In this document: piece by piece, positions 28,239 to 36,875 of the stretch
How the letters are laid out: every line of letters starts with the position of its first letter
Numbering within the stretch: the first letter of the stretch is position 1
Assembly: GCA_964588285.1 (NCBI GenBank)
Contig: CAZPNX010000001.1
Coordinates: forward strand, 70,954 to 134,953
DNA: 64,000 nt
Reading direction: 5' to 3'
Origin: an uncultured bacterium
GTDB lineage: Bacteria > Edwardsbacteria > AC1 > EtOH8
The notes under the pieces: model-generated
What the model was told of the DNA's origin: nothing
What the model saw: the letters and a program-made list of their open reading frames with translations, nothing else
Database searches by the model: none
Made by a program: the position numbers and the translations under genes

Positions 28239-28303
28239 CCCCTGCCACTTCCCCGACCCGTCCGCTAAAGCTTTAACGCAGGCATAGGGAAGGGTTAGGG
28301 GGT
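28233..28303. repeat. REP-like palindromic intergenic repeat, copy A
   Basis: acctaacccc...cgctaaagct...agggaagggttagggggt; the terminal arms are inverted complements. The tdk stop codon lies inside the left arm. A paralogous copy lies at 35679-35758. Confidence 0.5.
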
Positions 28304-28315
28304 CGGAGTGCCATC

Positions 28316-28828
28316 TTGAAGATATACTACGCCCATATCAACCTCGGCCAGAACCAGGTCTTTGCCTCGGCCACCGACCAGGGGCTGTTCTGCATCCTGC
28401 TGGGCGAGCCGGACATTTCCCTCAAGTTCCAGTCATGGGAAGAGAAGTTCGGGGCGACCTTTGAACAAGACGAGGACCGATTCGGCGACCTGAAGGTGGA
28501 CCTGGCCGGATACTTTTGCGGCTTGCAGATGGACTTCGGTTACCGGCTGGACCTGCGGGGGGCCTCGGTGTTCGAGCGCATGGTCTGGGACAAGGCCATG
28601 CAGATACCCTACGGACAGGTGCGGCCCTACAAGTGGGTGGCCGAGCAGATACACCAGCCCAACGCCTCCAAGGCCGTGGGCCGGGCGCTTTGGGCCAATC
28701 CTCTCCCCATCGTCATCCCCTGCCACCGGGTGATCCAGAAGGACCTGGGCCTGGGAGGCTTCTCGGCCGGCTCCGGTTGGAAGGAGCGGCTGTTGCTGCT
28801 GGAGCGCGGGGAACTGAGGATCCTGTGA
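28316..28828 (+). CDS. ogt: Methylated-DNA-protein-cysteine methyltransferase
   Basis: Active-site IPCHRVI and a DNA-binding HTH region upstream. Confidence 0.85.
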   Translation: MKIYYAHINLGQNQVFASATDQGLFCILLGEPDISLKFQSWEEKFGATFEQDEDRFGDLKVDLAGYFCGLQMDFGYRLDLRGASVFERMVWDKAMQIPYGQVRPYKWVAEQIHQPNASKAVGRALWANPLPIVIPCHRVIQKDLGLGGFSAGSGWKERLLLLERGELRIL

Positions 28829-28839
28829 AACCATTTTGA

Positions 28840-28881
28840 CACAGATTCTCACAGATAATTTCCCATCTGTGTTGATCTGTG
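28840..28881. promoter_or_regulatory. Tetrameric palindromic operator-like site: CACAGAT-N3-CACAGAT-N8-ATCTGTG-N3-ATCTGTG
   Basis: Four perfect 7-bp repeats at 28840, 28850, 28865 and 28875, with 10-bp phasing inside each pair and dyad symmetry about ~28860. The site overlaps a TTGACA (28836-28841) and ends 19 bp before the beta-CASP ATG. Confidence 0.5.
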
Positions 28882-28899
28882 TCGAGAAAGGCTGACTTA

Positions 28900-30288
28900 A
28901 TGCGAATCACCTTCCACGGCGCGGCCCGCAACGTCACCGGCTCCATGTTCCTGCTGGAGGCCGGCGGCAAGAAGCTGCTGGTTGACTGCGGCCTTTACCA
29001 GGGCAAAAGGGAGGAGTCCGAGGCCAGGAACCGCCAAATGCCGCTGGACCCGGCCTCCATAGACGCCGCAGTGCTGACCCACGCCCACCTGGACCACAGC
29101 GGCCGCCTGCCGTTGCTGGCCAAGCAGGGGTTCAAGGGTAGGGTCTATATGACTCCGGCCACCCAGGACCTGCTGGAGATCATGCTCCGCGACTCGGCCC
29201 ACATCCAGGAGGCGGACATCAAGTTCGTCAACCAGAAGCACCGGGAGCGGGGGCTGCCGCCCAAGGAGCCGCTCTACGACCAGGATGATGTCGAGGCCTG
29301 CCTTGGCCTGTTCGCCGGGGTCAACTACGGCCGCCAGTTTGAGCCCGTGCCCGGGGTAAAGGCGGTCTTCCGCGACGCCGGCCACATCCTGGGCTCGGCC
29401 ATGGTGGAGGCCGAGGCCTCGGAGAACGGCTCGAGAAAGCGGATCCTCTTCTCGGGCGACCTGGGCCGGAAGGGCATGCCCATCATCCGCGACCCCCACC
29501 AGCCCTCGGAGGCCGACGTCCTGCTGATGGAGAGCACCTACGGCGACCGCCTCCACGGCGACCTGAGCGAGACGGCCGGCAGGCTGGGCGAGCTGGTGCG
29601 CCAGTCCTACCAGCGTAGGGGAAAGGTGATCATCCCCTCGTTCTCGGTGGGCCGCACCCAGGAGATCGTCTACGAGCTCCACAAGATGTTCGAAAAAGGC
29701 TCTCTGCCGCCGCTGCCCATCTTCGTGGACAGCCCGCTCTCGGCCAACGCTACCGAGGTATTCAGAAACCACCCCGAGTGCTTCGACGAGGAGACCAACA
29801 GGCTCTTCGGACGCGAGGACGACGTCTTCGGGTTCCGCCGGCTGACCTACATAGAGAAGTCCGAGGACTCCAAGAAGCTTAACGAGCGCCAAGGGCCGTT
29901 CATCGTCATCTCGGCCTCGGGCATGTGCGAGGGCGGGCGGGTGCTGCACCACCTGGCCCACGCCGTGGGCGATCCCAAAAACCTGGTGCTCATCGTCGGC
30001 TTCCAGGCCCAGGGGACGCTGGGGCGGAGATTGGTGGAAAAACAGGAGCGGGTGAGGATTTTGGGCGACGAGTATCAGGTGAGGGCCCAGGTGAAGACAT
30101 TGAACGGCTTCTCGGCCCACGCCGACCGGGACGGCCTGCTGGGGTTCGTCCGGGGCATGGAGCGGGGGCCGGAGCGCATTTTCCTGGTCCACGGCGAGGA
30201 GCAGCAGTGCCTGGCTTTGGCGGAGCACCTCAAAAATGAGGGCAGGGCGGTGGAGGTGCCCCAGGCCGGGCAGACGCTGGAGATCTGA
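28900..30288 (+). CDS. MBL-fold beta-CASP ribonuclease (RNase J/CPSF-like, TTHA0252-type)
   Basis: MBL motifs LVDCG, HAHLDHSG and D...H; beta-CASP and RNA-specificity C-terminal region; about 460 aa. Confidence 0.85.
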   Translation: MRITFHGAARNVTGSMFLLEAGGKKLLVDCGLYQGKREESEARNRQMPLDPASIDAAVLTHAHLDHSGRLPLLAKQGFKGRVYMTPATQDLLEIMLRDSAHIQEADIKFVNQKHRERGLPPKEPLYDQDDVEACLGLFAGVNYGRQFEPVPGVKAVFRDAGHILGSAMVEAEASENGSRKRILFSGDLGRKGMPIIRDPHQPSEADVLLMESTYGDRLHGDLSETAGRLGELVRQSYQRRGKVIIPSFSVGRTQEIVYELHKMFEKGSLPPLPIFVDSPLSANATEVFRNHPECFDEETNRLFGREDDVFGFRRLTYIEKSEDSKKLNERQGPFIVISASGMCEGGRVLHHLAHAVGDPKNLVLIVGFQAQGTLGRRLVEKQERVRILGDEYQVRAQVKTLNGFSAHADRDGLLGFVRGMERGPERIFLVHGEEQQCLALAEHLKNEGRAVEVPQAGQTLEI

Positions 30289-30353
30289 GCCTGGATCCAT
30301 CTCTTAGGAAGCCAGGAACCCAGGAAATCTTTCAGGAAGAAATGAGTTGTTTC

Positions 30354-30383
30354 TTGACTTTTAAGCCGTTTTATAGGTATAAT
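30354..30383 (+). promoter_or_regulatory. Sigma70-like promoter TTGACT-N18-TATAAT, about 200 nt upstream of tRNA-Arg
   Basis: ttgacttttaagccgttttataggtataat. Confidence 0.4.
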
Positions 30384-30585
30384 ATTCATTCATATTAGGA
30401 ATGAACGGCTTGTCACGCCCGCTTAACATCTCAATTTCTCGAAATCCCAATTTCCATAATATATATGCGCCCGAAGTTCACTTCGACGGAGTTTATCCCG
30501 AGAGTAACGAGGGGCTCAGTGCGTTACCTCGGCAAGCTCGGAACAAGGTCGCATGGAGCCCGGCAACGCAGTATGCCATCATATC

Positions 30586-30662
30586 GCGCCCGTAGCTCAA
30601 TTGGATAGAGCGCCAGCCTCCGGAGCTGTAGGTTGCCCGTTCAAATCGGGCCGGGCGCGCCA
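30586..30662 (+). tRNA. tRNA-Arg (anticodon CCG)
   Basis: Manual cloverleaf: acceptor GCGCCCG/CGGGCGC (7 bp), D-arm GCUC/GAGC, anticodon stem CCAGC/GCUGU with loop CUCCGGA, T-arm GCCCG-UUCAAAU-CGGGC, discriminator G and encoded CCA. Confidence 0.85.
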
Positions 30663-30797
30663 GAGACTTTTAAAAAACCAAACAAAATATAACGATAAAA
30701 AGGAGGTTGTAATCGAGAGAAGAGCGACCATATTTCACTCTCGGCCAGACAACCGGACTTCCAAGTCAATCCAAAAACTTAACGGAGAAAAGGGAAC

Positions 30798-33700
30798 ATG
30801 AAAAAGATTTGGACCCTAGCCACCATCGCCCTGGTGTTCAGCCTTGCTGCCGCCGCTTGGGGGGAGAAAGGAACACCCCTGACCGAGTGGTTCGGGCAGC
30901 AACCGAACGCCACGGACGGGGCCAAGGCCAGCTGGGCCAACAGCACGCTGTGGACCGGCAGCGCCACCCTGCGCAAGCTGTCTATCGTCACCCAGGTAAA
31001 GGGAGCAGGCGATGACACCATCCGGCTGTTCACCAATCAGTCGGCAGCTCCCAGGCACACCTTCCTGCTGTCAGACACGTCCACGTCGTCCGGCACGGCC
31101 ATGGCCAACCGCTGGAGGAAGGACCTTATCGATTCCACCGGCGCAGGATTCACGGCCGCTGCCGCCTACGACATCAACGCTGACGGCTACACCGACATGT
31201 TCGCCGGCCGGACAGCCTCGCCGTACCGACTGAAGCGCTACTATTGGACCGGCACCGGCTGGAACACCGACACAACCGCCGCCACCCTACCCGGCGCCAT
31301 CAACGACATGGCCGTGGGCGACGCCGACAACGATGGCAGCGTGGATGACATCATTGCCACCAGCAGTAACGCTGTTTATCACGTCCACTGGAACGGGGCG
31401 GGTTTCGACACCACCCGCATCTGGGCCGGTGACGCCTCCACCTGCTACGGAGTGGCCATCGGCGACTTCGACGCCGATCACACCGGCAACGAGGTGGTGG
31501 CCGTGACCTACGGGCAGCGTGTGATGCGCCTTGTATGGAGCGGCGCCAGTTGGGACACCACAACCCTATTTTTAAGCCCCAATGACCTGGACTTCTACGA
31601 AGTGGCCATCGGCGACTTCGACGCCTCCAGTCCCGGGGCCGAGATAGCGGTAGGCAACGGTTACCTGCAGGCCACGTATGGGAGCGTTCTGGAGGTATAC
31701 GGCAGTGGCTCATCCTGGAATGTCCGGGCACTGTATACGAGCGCTGAATCCGTTCGTGAGCTGGCCATCGGCGACTTCCTGGACGAGAACCCGGGCGACG
31801 AAATAGTCATCGCGCCCTACACCTCGCCCTACAACGTCAGGGCCATCTACGGCTCGGGTACCACCTGGGCCCAGCAGCTGATGTTCACCACCGGCGGGAC
31901 CTCCTACGGGGCGGCGGTGGGCAACGTGGACCAGTACCGCTCATACAACGACGAGGTGGCCATAACCGGCAACAGCCGGGTTTTCGAGGCCGCCCAGTAC
32001 TGGCCGGCCAACGACCTGGCCATCACGTCCGGCGGCCCGCTTTCATACCCGTTCGTGACCGACGAGCCTGAGAGCATTTGGGTCAGGGTGAAGAACAACG
32101 GCACCAACAACCAGCCCAGCTTCGACCTCAACTTATACATTAACGGGGCATCATATTCCAGCGTGTCCGGCCTGTCCTTGAATTCTGGAGATAGTTTGGA
32201 CGTTGTTCTGCCATTTGTAGTTTCTGGAGCAAATACGGCAGTCAATTTCACCATCTACCATTCGCTATCGCCGGATGAGACCCCGGCCAATGATACATTG
32301 GGCACCATGGATCCAGTGGCTGGGTTGACACGCAGGTTCCATGATTGGATATTCCCGGCCAACACCTATAAGGCCGAGGGCTTCGAATATATGACGGCAT
32401 TTCCGCCGGCCGGCTGGGTCCGCATCAACAACGACGGAGGCTCATATAATTGGGGATGGTACACCAGCTCCACTAATCCCAGGCAGATACATTCCGGGAG
32501 ATTATACACTGCCAATCGTTGGGAATCATCCTCCCTAAGAAACGACGACTGGTTGGTGACCGATGCCATCTCTATACCCGATGGCTATACCGATACCTTG
32601 AGCTTTTTCTGGCGGGAGATGTCCCTAACCTATGGACCGGAATCGCTTGAAGTCTGGGCCATGTCCGGACAGACGGTCAACGACACCATACCCGGTGGCT
32701 TACTTTGGGCCGGACAAATTTCTGATACGCTGTATCAATTGACCAAAGTAGATTTGGGAAGGTTCGCCGGTCAGAATATTAATATAGGTTTCCGCCATCG
32801 CAGCTTGGACGTTTATTATATCATGGTGGATGATATCTCATTTGCCCGTTACGACGCTCCGCCCACCATCACCTACACCTCCCCGGCCGACGGGGCCACG
32901 GGCGTGCTGGTGAACGCGCCGCTGGTGATCGCTTTCTCGGAGCCGATCGATGCCAGCACCTACTCCGGCTTCTTTACGCCCGATCCGGCGGGATGGGATT
33001 CGTCCTGGAATGCCACCATGGACACCATCACCTGGACGCACAACGACTACGCCACGTCGACCCTTCACACATACCAGGTGCTCACGGCCAACGACCTGAA
33101 CGGCAACCCGCTGGCGGCGGGTCCAGTGCCCAACCCGTTCACCTTCACCACCAACGCCGACGGCACGCCACCGACCGCCTCTTTGGTTTCGCCGGCCTGG
33201 GGAGCTACCGACGTGGCGCTCAACGAACCCATCGTCATCGCCTTCTCGGAGCCGATGAACACCGGTTCGGTTGACGGCGATATCGTTCCGGACATAGATA
33301 TGACGCCGAGCTGGAATACTACCGGCGACACCCTGACTTTGACTCCCAACTATCCCTACGCCTACAGCACCCTCTATACGGCGATAATCACCCAGGGCCA
33401 GGACCTGGCCGGCTACAATCTGGTTGCCCTGCCGGACACCATTGCCCAGTTCACCACCATCGCCAACCAGGGGCCGAACATCGAGATGGTGCTGCAGCCG
33501 GGCGACACTTATGACGGCACCGGGCCGTTTACGGTGCGGGCGGTGATCACCGATCCGGCCAAGGCAGGGGTGGATACCGCCGTCCTCTATTATTCGGTGA
33601 ACCAGTCGAACTGGAATGACCTTGCCGGCGCGCCGGCGGGGGGCGATACCTTCAACTTCAGCATCTCCGGGCCGTGGTCCAGCGGAAGCCTGGTGTCCTA

Positions 33701-35678
33701 TTACCTCATGGCAGTGGATGACGCCGGTGACACCATCTACAGCCCGGCCAACGCGCCCATCGGCGTTTACCAGTTCCGGATCCTGAGCCCGCTGCCGCCG
33801 AGCAACTTGACAGCCAACGCCGGCGACATGTTCGTGCAGCTGGACTGGGCTCCTCCGGCCCAGAATCTCAACTATGCAGCAACACCCTTTTATATTTTCA
33901 ATGTACCCGCGGGCTTCATCGGCAGCGTCCGGTACACGCCGATGCACTACCCCTGCAAGCTGGAGCAGTTGACCTCGATGTGGTTCAATTCCGGCGGCAT
34001 GGACTCGGTGGTCGTTCACATATACGCCGACGACGGCACCGGGATGCCGGATGTGGCTAACCAACTGGTGACCCCGTTTGCCATCATGCCGCAAGCCTAT
34101 TCCACGGCCACGGTGGTTGACGTATCCGCCTACAACATCGTTCTGACCTCGGGCGAATTCCACGTTGGGTATGAGCTGAGGACCGACGGTGCACCCCGGT
34201 ACATGAGCGACAACGGTTCATACGGGGCGATCCGCAGCCTGTACTACTGGCCGGGCGATACCTGGTATGGCGACCTTGGATATGACTGGATCCAGTCGGC
34301 TGTGGTCAGCTACTCTCCCTATACCAAGGGCCTGGCGCTCAAGTCGTCGCACCTGCCAAGAGGCCGGAAGCCGAATTACCGGATGGACGGCAAGGCCTTA
34401 AAGGCCGAGGAACTGACCGACAAGCGGGAGCCGGTCTACGGCAAGCTGACCGGGGCGCTTTGGATGGCCAAGAACATCGCTGGCACAGAGATCTTGAGGG
34501 GCGACGCGCCGGGCGGACCGTACACCACCTCGCTGGGCACGACGACCAACGTGTCGCTGATCGACGCCTCGGTGAGCAACGGCTCTACCTACTACTACGT
34601 GGCCAGGGCGGTGTACAGCGCTCCGGACACCTTCAGCGCCTTCAGCAACGAGGACACGGCTTCGCCGGCCGGCATGCCGATACTGCTGGTTGACGACGAC
34701 CGTTCCAACGCCGGTGCGGGCTGGCCCGACAGGGCCCCGATCTACACGGCGGCTGTCGACGGCGCCGGCTACACCGGACAGTACACGGTCTACGAGGTCG
34801 ATGGGACGGCGGGCGCCGACGGACCGCCGGCCTCCTGGTTCACCGGGCGCACCCATGTGGTGTGGTGGAGCGGCGGCAACTGGGAGGAGCAGAACACCCT
34901 GACGCCGACTGACGAGGCCAATCTGGCGGCCTACCTCAACGGCGGCGGCAAGCTGTTCTATTGTGCCCAGGACTACCTCTATGATCGCTATATCAGCGCC
35001 GGTTCGTTCTCGCCGGGTCAGTTCCCCTACGACTACCTGGGGCTGGCCTCGGTAAACCAGGATGTCATTGACTTCAGCCCTTATAATATAGCCGGGGTGA
35101 CCGGTTCCCTGGCCGAAGGGCTGGCTTACGGGGTGATCGAGGATCCCAACGTGGGCACCTTTGCCGACGACCTGACCAAGCGGTCGGTGGCCGGGACCTA
35201 CGATGTGCTGGACGTTACCGCCAAGGTAGGGGAGAAGACCGGAGTGGCCTACGACAACGGCACCTTCCGCACCGTGTTCTTCACCACCCTGTTCGAGGAC
35301 ATCACCGATGGCACCAACACCAAGGCCGAGCTGATGTACCGGATCCTCAACTGGCTGTCCACCGGGGTGGAAGGTGAGCCGGCGGCATCGGCCAAGCCCA
35401 CGGTAATCAGCTTATCCAACAACTACCCCAACCCGGTGCGGACCAGCACCACAATCAAGTTCGGCCTGCCCAAGGACAGCGACGTCCGGATCGAGGTGTT
35501 CAACATCGCCGGGCAGAAGGTCAAGACGCTGGCCAGCGGCAAGCTGAACGCCGGGTACCACACTGTGACCTGGAAGGGCGCCAACGATAACGGCCAGAAG
35601 GTGGCCGCCGGCGTCTACCTGGTGCGCATGGTAACCCCGGAGTTCACCGGGACCAGGAAGATGACGGTGCTTCGATAG
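30798..35678 (+). CDS. Giant secreted surface protein with FG-GAP/VCBS-like repeats, Ig-like domains and a T9SS (Por) C-terminal sorting domain
   Basis: Signal peptide. Repeated AIGDFDAD/AIGDFDAS/AIGDFLDENPGDE FG-GAP motifs. Two PADGATGV..N.P..I.FSEP Big-like domains. C-terminus NYPNPVRTSTTIKFGLPKDSDVRIEVFNIAGQKVKTLASG..GYHTVTWKGANDNGQKVAAGVYLVRM. Confidence 0.8.
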   Translation: MKKIWTLATIALVFSLAAAAWGEKGTPLTEWFGQQPNATDGAKASWANSTLWTGSATLRKLSIVTQVKGAGDDTIRLFTNQSAAPRHTFLLSDTSTSSGTAMANRWRKDLIDSTGAGFTAAAAYDINADGYTDMFAGRTASPYRLKRYYWTGTGWNTDTTAATLPGAINDMAVGDADNDGSVDDIIATSSNAVYHVHWNGAGFDTTRIWAGDASTCYGVAIGDFDADHTGNEVVAVTYGQRVMRLVWSGASWDTTTLFLSPNDLDFYEVAIGDFDASSPGAEIAVGNGYLQATYGSVLEVYGSGSSWNVRALYTSAESVRELAIGDFLDENPGDEIVIAPYTSPYNVRAIYGSGTTWAQQLMFTTGGTSYGAAVGNVDQYRSYNDEVAITGNSRVFEAAQYWPANDLAITSGGPLSYPFVTDEPESIWVRVKNNGTNNQPSFDLNLYINGASYSSVSGLSLNSGDSLDVVLPFVVSGANTAVNFTIYHSLSPDETPANDTLGTMDPVAGLTRRFHDWIFPANTYKAEGFEYMTAFPPAGWVRINNDGGSYNWGWYTSSTNPRQIHSGRLYTANRWESSSLRNDDWLVTDAISIPDGYTDTLSFFWREMSLTYGPESLEVWAMSGQTVNDTIPGGLLWAGQISDTLYQLTKVDLGRFAGQNINIGFRHRSLDVYYIMVDDISFARYDAPPTITYTSPADGATGVLVNAPLVIAFSEPIDASTYSGFFTPDPAGWDSSWNATMDTITWTHNDYATSTLHTYQVLTANDLNGNPLAAGPVPNPFTFTTNADGTPPTASLVSPAWGATDVALNEPIVIAFSEPMNTGSVDGDIVPDIDMTPSWNTTGDTLTLTPNYPYAYSTLYTAIITQGQDLAGYNLVALPDTIAQFTTIANQGPNIEMVLQPGDTYDGTGPFTVRAVITDPAKAGVDTAVLYYSVNQSNWNDLAGAPAGGDTFNFSISGPWSSGSLVSYYLMAVDDAGDTIYSPANAPIGVYQFRILSPLPPSNLTANAGDMFVQLDWAPPAQNLNYAATPFYIFNVPAGFIGSVRYTPMHYPCKLEQLTSMWFNSGGMDSVVVHIYADDGTGMPDVANQLVTPFAIMPQAYSTATVVDVSAYNIVLTSGEFHVGYELRTDGAPRYMSDNGSYGAIRSLYYWPGDTWYGDLGYDWIQSAVVSYSPYTKGLALKSSHLPRGRKPNYRMDGKALKAEELTDKREPVYGKLTGALWMAKNIAGTEILRGDAPGGPYTTSLGTTTNVSLIDASVSNGSTYYYVARAVYSAPDTFSAFSNEDTASPAGMPILLVDDDRSNAGAGWPDRAPIYTAAVDGAGYTGQYTVYEVDGTAGADGPPASWFTGRTHVVWWSGGNWEEQNTLTPTDEANLAAYLNGGGKLFYCAQDYLYDRYISAGSFSPGQFPYDYLGLASVNQDVIDFSPYNIAGVTGSLAEGLAYGVIEDPNVGTFADDLTKRSVAGTYDVLDVTAKVGEKTGVAYDNGTFRTVFFTTLFEDITDGTNTKAELMYRILNWLSTGVEGEPAASAKPTVISLSNNYPNPVRTSTTIKFGLPKDSDVRIEVFNIAGQKVKTLASGKLNAGYHTVTWKGANDNGQKVAAGVYLVRMVTPEFTGTRKMTVLR

Positions 35679-35758
35679 ACCTAACCCCCGCCCCCTTCCC
35701 TCCGCCTGCGCTAAAGCTACGGCGGACAGGTCAGGGAAGGGGAAGTAAGGGATAGGTT
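35679..35758. repeat. REP-like palindromic intergenic repeat, copy B
   Basis: acctaacccccgcc...cgctaaagct...agggaaggggaagtaagggataggt; shares its ends and the central cgctaaagct with copy A at 28233-28303. Confidence 0.5.
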
Positions 35759-35760
35759 CC

Positions 35761-35792
35761 CCAGAAGGGCTCCCGAAAGGGAGCCCTTCTGG
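35761..35792 (+). terminator. Perfect 14-bp stem hairpin with GAAA tetraloop
   Basis: ccagaagggctccc-gaaa-gggagcccttctgg; no U-tract follows. Confidence 0.4.
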
Positions 35793-35861
35793 CAAGCTTA
35801 AAGCCTTTAAAAGACAGAAACATATTGACAAATCGGCCATAAATTAGTAAACTATACCCAA

Positions 35862-36860
35862 ATGGTGCAATACCGGGCCTTCAGGCAGCAGCTTATCAAG
35901 GAAGGATGCCGCCCAGCTTATCTTTTGATAGGGGAGGAGGAGTTCCTCCAGGATAGGGCCTGCTTGGAGATAGCACGCGCATTTCTGGGAAATGAATTCA
36001 CCCAGGAAGGGGTTAGGACCATCTATGCCACCGATGTTGATGGTCCGGGCATTGTCGAGCAGTGTCTAAACCTAGGCCTGTTCCAACAAAAACAAGTGCT
36101 AGTGGTCAAGGAAGCCGATGCTCTTTCGTCCAAAGGCCGCAAGGCGGTGCTGGGATACCTTGCCAAGCCCTCGCCGGACACCTGTTTGGTGTTGATTTCT
36201 CGCAAGCTGGAGGAAAAGAGCCCACTGGTCAAGGATGCCGGCGAGCTGGTTCTGACTATAATGTTCCAACCGCCGGGAGAGGAGGAGCTGGCCCGCTGGT
36301 TGGTATCCTCGGCCCGGGACAGAGGCTGGGAGATGGACCGGGAGGCGGCCGAGGCCCTAATATCGGTGGCCGGAACCAGCATGGGAGTGCTGGACAGAGA
36401 GCTCGACAAGATTAGCCAATTTTTAGGAGGGGAGCCGGGAAGGAGGATAGACAAATCAGTGGTTCGGGGGCTGGCCGGGCTTTCGGCTCAAGCCTCTCCG
36501 GACGATTTGAACCAAGCGGTTTCCCAAAACGACAGAAAAACTTCTTTGTCATTGCTCCAGCAGCTTCTGGATTCGGGCGAGGATCCTGTGCGGATGACCT
36601 CCGGTATATTCTACCAAATGGAGCACCTGTGGAAAGTAAAACTGGCCGCCGAAACCAAAAGACCTCAGGGCACTATCGAGCGGAAAACTTTTTGGGGGCT
36701 GAATAAACAGCCTATAGTCACTGCAGCCCCAAAAAGAAACGACCGGCAATATCTGAAGGCCATGAAAGTCTTGTTCACGACCGAATATTTGATGAAGTCC
36801 GGCGGGGGTGATCCCAAAATACTGGCCCTGCAGGCCGTGCACCAGCTAACAGCAAAATGA
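35862..36860 (+). CDS. holA: DNA polymerase III subunit delta
   Basis: Clamp-loader delta-subunit length (332 aa) and fold-like pattern (YLLIGEE..FL; LVVKEAD). Confidence 0.7.
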   Translation: MVQYRAFRQQLIKEGCRPAYLLIGEEEFLQDRACLEIARAFLGNEFTQEGVRTIYATDVDGPGIVEQCLNLGLFQQKQVLVVKEADALSSKGRKAVLGYLAKPSPDTCLVLISRKLEEKSPLVKDAGELVLTIMFQPPGEEELARWLVSSARDRGWEMDREAAEALISVAGTSMGVLDRELDKISQFLGGEPGRRIDKSVVRGLAGLSAQASPDDLNQAVSQNDRKTSLSLLQQLLDSGEDPVRMTSGIFYQMEHLWKVKLAAETKRPQGTIERKTFWGLNKQPIVTAAPKRNDRQYLKAMKVLFTTEYLMKSGGGDPKILALQAVHQLTAK

Positions 36861-36875
36861 TTCAAGGACATCACG

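Noticed and set aside
28897-30300. 467-aa antisense ORF fully overlapping the beta-CASP gene; similar long shadow ORFs at 1862-2788(-), 7256-8365(+), 32838-34163(-), 13578-14249(-), 19149-20090(-) and 29925-30239(+)
   Set aside because: These are Gly/Arg/Pro/Ala-rich low-complexity translations typical of alternate frames in high-GC DNA. Each is fully nested in a gene with strong homology-type evidence on the other frame.
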